Shown in pieces: positions 39,849 through 47,848 of a stretch of 64,000 bases of DNA. Location of the stretch: the NCBI GenBank assembly GCA_017857875.1, contig JAFMCH010000002.1, positions 55,893-119,892 of the forward strand. The letters run 5' to 3'. Position numbers and translations under genes: made by a program. The notes beneath the pieces were generated by a model that was not told the origin of the DNA, searched no databases, and saw only the letters and a list, made by a program, of their open reading frames with translations. Each line of letters opens with the position of its first letter. Within the stretch, counting starts at the first letter, position 1. This DNA comes from Actinomycetota bacterium. Lineage in GTDB: Bacteria > Actinomycetota > Actinomycetes > S36-B12.

Positions 39849-40491
39849 AGTTCTCGCCGGCACGGTCCAGGTAGATCCTGGCCAGGTGAACTCGTTGGTT
39901 TCGCGTGAGATGCGAAGGAATTTCTAAGACTTTGGATAGTCGGTTGATGGAAATTGCGACAGAAGCCTCCGAGATACCCCGTATTTTCGCAATCTCTGAA
40001 TTGGAATGTCCTGCAGCTAGCAGAGCCAGGGTTTCCATTTGTTTGTCGGTGAGATTGGCGAGTGGGCCCGCTAGCTCTATCGAGTCGTCTCCTTCGTGAG
40101 CAGCCACTCGCGTGATCGCCGCTGCCAACTCGGTTCCTTCGATGACGCTTGACTTGAGGAGATACACAGAGTTTTTGGCAACCCTCGGCCATGCGCCGCC
40201 GACCACGATTCGCGGATCCTCATAACTGGTGAGGTAGACGATGCCGAGATCAGGTGTTACCTCTTGCCAGGCAAGGGCGACGTCAAAACCGGTCAGCCCG
40301 TCACCTAGGTGCAGGTCGGCCACCAGGACGTCAATCTCAACGGTGCCGATGCGTTCGAGGCTGTCGCGAGCAGTTGGAGATAAGAAGCAGACGTCGAAGC
40401 CATCTCGGTCAAGGGCCTGGCCGAGTGCATGGCGTAGCAGTCCGTTGTCCTCTACCAGGCCGAGTCGAATACGTGGGAGGACTCTGTCCAC
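39841..40491 (-). CDS. LuxR/NarL-family response regulator
   Basis: A receiver domain (LVEDN..., DVLVADLHLGDG) is followed by a C-terminal LuxR HTH (LTDKQMETLALLAAGHSNSEIAKIRGISEASVAISINRL). The GTG start has GGAG 7 nt upstream. Confidence 0.9.
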   Translation of the reverse strand: MDRVLPRIRLGLVEDNGLLRHALGQALDRDGFDVCFLSPTARDSLERIGTVEIDVLVADLHLGDGLTGFDVALAWQEVTPDLGIVYLTSYEDPRIVVGGAWPRVAKNSVYLLKSSVIEGTELAAAITRVAAHEGDDSIELAGPLANLTDKQMETLALLAAGHSNSEIAKIRGISEASVAISINRLSKVLEIPSHLTRNQRVHLARIYLDRAGENYA

Positions 40492-40575
40492 TCGAGGTCT
40501 CCAATTCCTGCCGTTGTCTGTGGGGTGACCGAACGCACGGTCGTGAGGGAATACCGACCGTGCGATTATAAAAAT

Positions 40576-40587
40576 GTAATGCTAACC
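40576..40587 (+). repeat. 12-nt direct repeat copy 1 (GTAATGCTAACC)
   Basis: This exact 12-mer recurs at 40652-40663. It lies in the AT-rich region between the response-regulator gene and the secreted-protein gene. Confidence 0.6.
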
Positions 40588-40641
40588 CATCTATTGTTAT
40601 TTTGACTTTACAAAATTTCAACCCATTGCTACCGTCCTGGC

Positions 40642-43080
40642 ATGAACTTGCGTAATGCTAACCTAACACTTTTGACCTCTGTGAGCCTCGTTTGTGCGGC
40701 GCTAGCGGCCGCTCCCGCGGCGCAGGCCGCCTTCGCATCCGACCCGCCCGGTAAGTCTTCCACGGTGACCGTGTCCGTTGACGGCGTGACCGTCGGAATC
40801 GCCAATGATGCCAAGAACAGCGCGGGTGACTCTCTCAGCAGGGCGTTCGGTGGTGGAAATTTTGATGATTCAGGAATCAATGAATTGTCCGCGATGTACA
40901 CCGCAAGGCCCGATGGCGCGAGCGGCAACGCTTTGGCGTACCTGGCGGCTGAGGGCGGAGTGATCGAAAATTCCTGCGTTGGCGGGGTTACCTCTGAGTT
41001 CTATCAACGAGCTCAGGTGACTCTCTCTGGCCTGCCAGCAAGCAACACGAAGGTCTGGGCATTCTACGATCCCGCTGTCGGATCCGGGGAGGTCGTCAAA
41101 ACCTTCCCGCACTTCGACGAGAATTGGCCAAACCCGATCGTTGACGGTAACGGAGTTGCCATCGCCAATCAGCGTATTACCGCAACTGCAAACCTGCCCA
41201 CCCTGTGTGACAACTCGACGCTGTTCGTCAATGGAGATGATTCGGGTGTGTTGGTGCTGGGGACCGGTAGCTATACGCGATCCACAGCGGGAGTGTTCAA
41301 GTCCACCTCCTCAGGGACGGTGAGTTTCGACGCTTACGTGCCCATGAACGGAGCATCAGATGACTCCACGTCAATTTTCCTGGCGTTGGGACTTGTGGTT
41401 GATGTTGGTGACGATGGAGTCGATGACACGACCGACGACGTAGCCATTGAGACTTGGCTGTCTAGTGAACCCTACTGGAGTACACCTGGTCCCTCCGGCG
41501 ACGTGAATTTCGTTGTGCCACCGTGTAGTTCACCACAAGCAACTGATGAAGCGTGTGTTGAATCCATCTCGGGTGTCTTTGCTGCAGATGGAACGACCCG
41601 ACAGGATTCTGGTTATGCGGTCAAAATGACTTTGACCGGCGATGCAAACGATCTGTCGGCGTATGTTGATCTGGCTCCGACACAGCCGATTGGCACCAGT
41701 GGCTACTCGGTACCGGCAAACTCAATCGCTAAGTTGGCCATTAGTTGGCCTACGGATGGGGATCCCTACTTCGGTGGAGGACTCCCCTTTGGTACCGATC
41801 CCGGTGAAGTGGACTTCACCAACGCGGTCGCCGACACCCCAATTCTTGTGGACCCGGCGACGACAGATGATACGTCGAACACGAATAGGTGGGACATCAA
41901 GACGACGGGTGGTCGAGTAGTGACCACCATGATCGGCCAAGCTCGCACCACATCCGATGCGATCTCGCGCGATACCTGGTGGCCTCAATGTGAAGTCGAC
42001 ATCGTTGGTGGAGCGACGCAGCAGGATAAGTGCGGCGAGGGTATGACCGGAGCCGTGACAAGCGACTACATGGTCTTCTCGCACGTACCAGCAAGAATGC
42101 ACCTGAGCGTGGCTGGGGGAGAATCCAATCTCGCCGGCGGACTCGTCTCGACAAATGGTCAGAGTTTCGCCTTCGGTCCAGAGACAATGTCGGGAGTTTC
42201 GTTCCAGTTTGCTGTGGCAGGCCCGTCCTATGACTTCAACGGCAATCCACGAAGTGCTGACGGCTTCTACTTCGTGTGCATGCCGGAGGACTATCTGACA
42301 GCAGTCTTCGATGCCACAACAGATGAGGCGGTCAGTAGTTTCGTGGGTACTCGCGATAACACGCCCGTAGGAACGTCTTTTTCCAGCGGCACTTGCGGTG
42401 ATGGCGAGCCGGGAGCGATCGCCGCCCTCAACCCATTCGGATACTCTGCTCCGCTGTTTAGACTTGCACCGGCAGCGGCACCGGTTGTTGTTCCCCCCGC
42501 CCCGGTTGTCTATCCACCGGGAGCACCAACCGCGGTCGCGGTCGAGATCGGTGATGGCTCGGCCAACGTGACCTGGTCTGCCCCGGAATGGTCTGGTTCA
42601 TTCCCGGTTACCAATTTTGAGATCTCGGCAACCCCCGGTGGCAAGAGTTGTTTAGTCCAGGCCCCAGCACTCAGTTGTCAGATCACCGGATTGACAAACG
42701 ACATGCCGTACACGTTTGCCGTCAGGGCGCTTAACGCTGCCGGATGGGGAGCTTGGTCATCGGCAAGTCCTGAGGTAACGCCCGTCGAACCTGTTGTGCC
42801 GACAATCACCATCTCCGGACAGCGCGGCGAAATTCGGGGAAGGCAAGGCGTCATCGTTAGCGGCTCTTCCGTGGGTTTGAGTCAGGGTGCTCTCGTGCAG
42901 CCATGGGTCAAGCTTGCCGGTCAATCTGCCTACAGCCAGGGTGTTGCGTCAACTTCGGTCGACGACTCCGGCACGTTCTCCTGGCAGCGTCGAACCGGGA
43001 AGAAGGTCTACGTATATTTCGTGAGCGCAGACGGCGTGAAGTCGGATCGCATCATCCTGCAGAGCGCGCGAGCGCGGTAG
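40642..43080 (+). CDS. secreted protein of unknown function with one fibronectin type III domain
   Basis: A Sec signal peptide ends in AQA-AF. An FN3 domain spans about aa 626-714 (nt ~42517-42783; ...ANVTWSAPEWSGSFPVTNFEISA...GLTNDMPYTFAVRALNAAGWG). I recognise no motif in the first ~600 aa. There is no LPXTG motif and no C-terminal TM helix. Confidence 0.7.
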   Translation: MNLRNANLTLLTSVSLVCAALAAAPAAQAAFASDPPGKSSTVTVSVDGVTVGIANDAKNSAGDSLSRAFGGGNFDDSGINELSAMYTARPDGASGNALAYLAAEGGVIENSCVGGVTSEFYQRAQVTLSGLPASNTKVWAFYDPAVGSGEVVKTFPHFDENWPNPIVDGNGVAIANQRITATANLPTLCDNSTLFVNGDDSGVLVLGTGSYTRSTAGVFKSTSSGTVSFDAYVPMNGASDDSTSIFLALGLVVDVGDDGVDDTTDDVAIETWLSSEPYWSTPGPSGDVNFVVPPCSSPQATDEACVESISGVFAADGTTRQDSGYAVKMTLTGDANDLSAYVDLAPTQPIGTSGYSVPANSIAKLAISWPTDGDPYFGGGLPFGTDPGEVDFTNAVADTPILVDPATTDDTSNTNRWDIKTTGGRVVTTMIGQARTTSDAISRDTWWPQCEVDIVGGATQQDKCGEGMTGAVTSDYMVFSHVPARMHLSVAGGESNLAGGLVSTNGQSFAFGPETMSGVSFQFAVAGPSYDFNGNPRSADGFYFVCMPEDYLTAVFDATTDEAVSSFVGTRDNTPVGTSFSSGTCGDGEPGAIAALNPFGYSAPLFRLAPAAAPVVVPPAPVVYPPGAPTAVAVEIGDGSANVTWSAPEWSGSFPVTNFEISATPGGKSCLVQAPALSCQITGLTNDMPYTFAVRALNAAGWGAWSSASPEVTPVEPVVPTITISGQRGEIRGRQGVIVSGSSVGLSQGALVQPWVKLAGQSAYSQGVASTSVDDSGTFSWQRRTGKKVYVYFVSADGVKSDRIILQSARAR
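40652..40663 (+). repeat. 12-nt direct repeat copy 2 (GTAATGCTAACC)
   Basis: This exact copy lies 76 nt downstream of copy 1, inside codons 4-8 of the secreted-protein ORF. Confidence 0.6.
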
Positions 43081-43119
43081 ATCGAGAGGGGATGTGGCTG
43101 CATCGAAGTGGAGTGGTGA

Positions 43120-44367
43120 CTAGGTCCCAGAAGGCTTGCGCACGAGCGTTTCCTTACTGCGCAAAACGAGGACAAGTACGACCGCTGACGCCAACGCTCC
43201 GGCGAGGAAAGCCCACGAGAACCCTGCGGTATCGAGTAGATAGCCCGCTAGTAGTGGTCCGATGACGCTGCCGAGGTCGCTCATCATCTGGAACACCGCG
43301 ATCGGAATACCACCGCGACGTCCACCCATCAGGTCGCCTACGGCCGCTGCTGGTGCGGAGGATCGATAGGCCACTGCGACGCCAAGTACACCCATTGCGA
43401 TAAACAGAAGCAAGGTTGCCAATGTTGTCTGGCCTGAAATTACATCAGCCAGAACAAGAATTGACATGCCTAGAATTGTCGCCACCACACCAATCACCAT
43501 TGCCGGCCGGCGACCGCGCAGATCGGCCATGCGCCCGGCGGGAAGCAATGTCACCGCCTGTGTGGCAGCCGCTGCTAGAAAGGCGAAACCCGAAAGCCCT
43601 GCGCCTTGACGTAGCCCTTCGATGACGAACAGCGGGATCAACGCTGCCCGTATGCCGAACGTGACGAAACCGTTCAGGAAGTTGACGCCGAGGGCCGCAC
43701 GGTATTCGGGCATCTTGAGGAATCGCCATAGTTCAGCCGAGCGACGATTGTTGCCGGATTCGGACGAAACCACTTCCTCCTCGCGCTCCACCAGGTGCGC
43801 CCGGGTGAGGAAGATCAAGGCGACGACCATCGCTATGCCGAGAGTGGCTGCATAAACGAAGAAAGGAGCACGAAACGACCATGCCAGTACTAATCCGCCT
43901 ACGGCAGGACCGGTGACACCGCCAAACAGGAATCCGGCCTGGAAGGCTGCCGAGGCACGGCCACGTTGTTCGGCAACCACCACCCGCAGCAACAATGCGA
44001 GTGCCGACACTGTGAACATCGATGAGCCGATGCCCCCGATTCCTCGCAGCACGAGCAGTTGGCCGAATGTTTGCGAAAGGCCAGCCAGGGCACTCGAGAC
44101 CGCAACGATGCCGAGGCCGGTCGCCAAGATCACTCGTTCACCGAATCGATCCGTGAGCCACCCGGCGCCGGGTGAGGAAATGAACCGCATGAGCGCGAAC
44201 GCTGACACCACCCCGGAGGCAGCCAGAGCACTAACGTCGAAACTACGAGCAAAGATAGGGATAGCGGGAATCACAATGCCGAAACCCAGTGCAACAAAAA
44301 AGGCGATAGACGCCAAAATCGTGACTTCGCGGGGGAGGTCCCGAAGTAGCGGGAGTCGCGATGGCAC
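43120..44367 (-). CDS. MFS transporter
   Basis: There are about 12 hydrophobic spans, and the MFS loop motif GWLTDRFGER lies between TM2 and TM3. Confidence 0.85.
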   Translation of the reverse strand: MPSRLPLLRDLPREVTILASIAFFVALGFGIVIPAIPIFARSFDVSALAASGVVSAFALMRFISSPGAGWLTDRFGERVILATGLGIVAVSSALAGLSQTFGQLLVLRGIGGIGSSMFTVSALALLLRVVVAEQRGRASAAFQAGFLFGGVTGPAVGGLVLAWSFRAPFFVYAATLGIAMVVALIFLTRAHLVEREEEVVSSESGNNRRSAELWRFLKMPEYRAALGVNFLNGFVTFGIRAALIPLFVIEGLRQGAGLSGFAFLAAAATQAVTLLPAGRMADLRGRRPAMVIGVVATILGMSILVLADVISGQTTLATLLLFIAMGVLGVAVAYRSSAPAAAVGDLMGGRRGGIPIAVFQMMSDLGSVIGPLLAGYLLDTAGFSWAFLAGALASAVVLVLVLRSKETLVRKPSGT

Positions 44368-44409
44368 CGGCTCACTGTATGCCTCGACAAGGTTCCGGTA
44401 GCCAGCGGA

Positions 44410-46362
44410 TCAGCCAGTTCTGCGGCCCCGGCGAGCGCGCACGTAGTCGCTCATCACCTGATTGCCAAGGTGCGCGCCGTCAACAGCGAAGACACGACCG
44501 CCGTTGCGTCGGGCCATGGCGTCGAGGAAACGCTCCAGGCGTGGGTCATCGCCGAGTCGAAACCAAGAGATCGGCACTCCCTTCCGAGTGAGCTGATCTA
44601 CCGCACCAACGGTCTCCTGAACCGTCTCTCGATCGGGTGGCCACATAAACCACCAATCACCATCGGGAAGCAGGTGCGCGGTGGGTTCACCATCGGTCAC
44701 TACGAGGCAAACAGGCTCCGCTCCGCGATGGCGGTCGAAGAAATGCGAAGCCAGGATTAGGCCGTGATGCAGGTTAGTTCCCTGAATGTCCGCGGCGTCA
44801 AGATTGGGGAGTTCGTTAGGTGCGACAGTTCGAGCGAGATTTGCAAAGGTGATGATCTGCATTGCATCCAAGGGGTACTGGGAAGAAGCGAGATACTGCA
44901 GTGCCATTGCCGTGGTCTTGGCAGCCTGCCATGTGTCGTTCATTACCATTGAGAATGACTGATCAACCAAGAGTGCAACAGCGGCGCGCGACCGTGTCTC
45001 GGTCTCCCGAACCTCGAAGTCGTTGGGTGATAGCTTCATTCGTCCGCGTTGTCCACCCGCAACATGCCGTTGAATCGCGTTACCGACGGTACGAACGACG
45101 TCTAGAGGTTGCTCATCACCAAACTCCCACGATCGAGACTGACCGGTGAGTTCACCCGCCGCGCCACTTCGCCGAACATCGTGCTCTCCGCGTGAGCTTG
45201 CATCCAGATCAGAGAAGACTCGACGAAGTGCGGTGAGACCGATGCGACGCAAGGCTTTTGGCGTGAGTTCGAGTCGATCAGTCAGGTACCCTTGATCTCG
45301 TAGTCGTCGCTCAATCTCGCGTAACTGCTGTATGTCGTCGGCAGCTGATCGACCCAGTGCGCGCTCAACGGCATCAACGTCAACATCATCAAGAGTTGCG
45401 CCTGGGTAGTTTTGGCCCAGCTGGGCGTCTAATTGCTCAAGGTCGGCCAGTTCGGCTAATGCGTCCGTGGCATCGGGCAGGTTGAGTCCTTGCTCGCCGC
45501 GCATTCGTTGTGTCCCTTGCCAGGGCAGATCTGGTCGCAGTGCTTCGAGATGATCGCGCAATTGGCTCATCTGGGCTTGAATGTCTAGATCGCCCATTGC
45601 CTGGGCCATCAGGTCAGACAGTTGCTCGCGTTGTTCTGGCGTCATCGAGTCCAGCATGCGTTGCATCGCCGCGGCTCGACGCGCAAGATCATCCAGCAAC
45701 TCAGTGAAGGTCTTGGGTGCTTCGGGAAAGAAATCCCCGTGTTTATCCATGAAGTCGTCGAACATGTCTGAGACGTCTTCGCCTTGTCGATGAGCGGCCA
45801 TCATCTGGTTCAGGTCGCCCAGCATCTGGGCTAGGCGCTGCTGATCCTCGGGTGAACTGGGCGATGAAAGGGCTTGACTGAGCCCGGAAAACTGCTGGTC
45901 GAGCACCTCGCTTTGCAGCAGTTCATTGATGCGATCGAACGCCTCTTGGGCTGATGGTGATTGCCAGTCGTAGGACTTCAACTCGCGCACGGCACTGGCG
46001 GTGTCGGTGGGCAGTGCGTCAAGGCGCGTCTCGCGAAAACGAGCGTCATCTGACGGATCCGGAAACAGGTGCTCTTGTTCATCGGCGACGGCCTGGTCAA
46101 GAAGTTTGCGTACCTCGTCCAGCGTGCCCCCCAGTTGGCCACTATTGGATAACTCGCGTCGACGCTGCTGAATCCGCTGGCGCATCTCCTGCAGGCCACG
46201 TTGTTCGGAGGTTCCCTGCTGGAGCAAATCACGCAGGGCATCACGCAGGTTGCTGCCAGACATCATGCGATCAGCCAGGTCATCCACCACGCCGCCGAGG
46301 TCGAACGGATCCGCTAGCGGATCGGGTCCGTCGCGATAGGCGCCGTAGCGATAGCGGCTCAC
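44410..46362 (-). CDS. VWA-domain protein (partner of the upstream AAA+ ATPase)
   Basis: Length is 650 aa. The N-terminal ~430 aa is helical and acidic. The C-terminal von Willebrand A domain carries the MIDAS motif DQSFS (VALLVDQSFSM). The GTG start directly abuts the upstream TAG. Confidence 0.8.
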   Translation of the reverse strand: MSRYRYGAYRDGPDPLADPFDLGGVVDDLADRMMSGSNLRDALRDLLQQGTSEQRGLQEMRQRIQQRRRELSNSGQLGGTLDEVRKLLDQAVADEQEHLFPDPSDDARFRETRLDALPTDTASAVRELKSYDWQSPSAQEAFDRINELLQSEVLDQQFSGLSQALSSPSSPEDQQRLAQMLGDLNQMMAAHRQGEDVSDMFDDFMDKHGDFFPEAPKTFTELLDDLARRAAAMQRMLDSMTPEQREQLSDLMAQAMGDLDIQAQMSQLRDHLEALRPDLPWQGTQRMRGEQGLNLPDATDALAELADLEQLDAQLGQNYPGATLDDVDVDAVERALGRSAADDIQQLREIERRLRDQGYLTDRLELTPKALRRIGLTALRRVFSDLDASSRGEHDVRRSGAAGELTGQSRSWEFGDEQPLDVVRTVGNAIQRHVAGGQRGRMKLSPNDFEVRETETRSRAAVALLVDQSFSMVMNDTWQAAKTTAMALQYLASSQYPLDAMQIITFANLARTVAPNELPNLDAADIQGTNLHHGLILASHFFDRHRGAEPVCLVVTDGEPTAHLLPDGDWWFMWPPDRETVQETVGAVDQLTRKGVPISWFRLGDDPRLERFLDAMARRNGGRVFAVDGAHLGNQVMSDYVRARRGRRTG

Positions 46363-47820
46363 CTACTTCTCCTCGTGAACCGTTGCGGCGTAACGCACTC
46401 CGTTGGCGGAGTCATCTTTACTGATGCGCCGGGCTAGCCACAGGCCTTCCAGAGCAAACTCAACACAGGCGGCGGTGAGTTCGGCGGTTACGTCGGCGTC
46501 TTCACCCTCGCATGCATTCACCAGGTGTGAAAGGCCGGTGAAGGACCCTATTGAGGCGAGAATCTGGGGCGAACTGACCATGTCGCCAGACTCCACGGTT
46601 CCACCCTCGTCGAGACGCTCGGTAAGACCGCTGAGATCCAGCCCGCCAAGGTGCTGGCGGAAGGTTTCGGCGATTGCCCGACGTGCCAGGTGTGCCAAGA
46701 TTTCCAGCTCGCGGCCTTCCTCGCTGACCTCAAACTCGACCTTGCCGCGAAGAGTGGGAATCACACCCATGAGGTCACCGACGCGGGCTGTTGAGGCTTC
46801 ACCGAGCAGAGCCGAGCGACGCAATGCGGCTCCAGAGAGTGCCTCGGTGCAGGCAACTGCAAAACGCGCCGACACGCCGCTGCGTTGGTCAACGGCGGTT
46901 GACTCCCGCACCTGCCGGGCAAACCTGGCTACCGTCTCGATCAGGTGGGCAGGAACCGGCGCTACTAATTGGGCCTCCTGGGTAATCAAGGTGACCTCTT
47001 CAGGAACGTCCAGCGGGTAATGCGTCGTGATTTCGGCACCGAATCGATCCTTCATGGGTGTGATGATGCGGCCCCGATTGGTGTAGTCCTCAGGATTTGC
47101 ACTCGCTACGACAAGGAGATCGAGTGGGAGTCGCAACGTGTATCCACGAATCTGGATATCACGCTCCTCCAGCACGTTAAGCAAGGAAACTTGGATTCTC
47201 TCGGCTAGATCGGGCAACTCATTGACCGCGAAAATACCGCGGTTCGTGCGCGGCACGAGGCCGAAGTGAATGGTTTCCGGATCGCCCAGGGTGCGGCCCT
47301 CGGCCACCTTGACGGGGTCGATATCACCGATCAGATCACCTACGGACGTATCCGGTGTGGCCAATTTCTCGCCGTAGCGCTCGCTTCGGTGCACCCAATC
47401 GATGGGCAGTTCATCGCCGCACTCATCGGCCAGGCGAATACCGAAGGCACTCACCGGTTCCATCGGGTCATCGTGAATCTCTGACCCCGCGATAATCGGC
47501 ATCCACTCGTCGAGCAACGCAACAAGGGATCGAATGAGTCGGGTCTTTCCCTGGCCTCGCTCACCGAGCAGGACAAAGTCATGACCGGCGAGCAGCGCGC
47601 GTTCCACCTGTGGCAGCACCGTGTCATCGAATCCGACGATGCCTGGAAACGCCGGTTGCCCGGTCTGCAGCCGATCAATTAGGTTGGCCTGGATCTCAGC
47701 TTTCACCGTGCGTGGCACGTAGCCGGTTTCGCGGAGGCCCCCGAGGGTGTCTGGCAAGGGCTTGGGCGGGCGCGGCGGTTCGTTGGGCGACGGGATCCTT
47801 CGGGCGGGTCGGTTGGCCAT
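46363..47820 (-). CDS. AAA+ ATPase, Mg-chelatase ChlI/BchI- or MoxR-like
   Basis: Walker A GERGQGKT and the Walker B region IFAVNELPDL are present, along with ASANPEDYTNRG..PMKDRF. Length is 485 aa. Confidence 0.8.
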   Translation of the reverse strand: MANRPARRIPSPNEPPRPPKPLPDTLGGLRETGYVPRTVKAEIQANLIDRLQTGQPAFPGIVGFDDTVLPQVERALLAGHDFVLLGERGQGKTRLIRSLVALLDEWMPIIAGSEIHDDPMEPVSAFGIRLADECGDELPIDWVHRSERYGEKLATPDTSVGDLIGDIDPVKVAEGRTLGDPETIHFGLVPRTNRGIFAVNELPDLAERIQVSLLNVLEERDIQIRGYTLRLPLDLLVVASANPEDYTNRGRIITPMKDRFGAEITTHYPLDVPEEVTLITQEAQLVAPVPAHLIETVARFARQVRESTAVDQRSGVSARFAVACTEALSGAALRRSALLGEASTARVGDLMGVIPTLRGKVEFEVSEEGRELEILAHLARRAIAETFRQHLGGLDLSGLTERLDEGGTVESGDMVSSPQILASIGSFTGLSHLVNACEGEDADVTAELTAACVEFALEGLWLARRISKDDSANGVRYAATVHEEK

Positions 47821-47848
47821 GTGTCGACGTTACGGGAGGATGGTGCAC

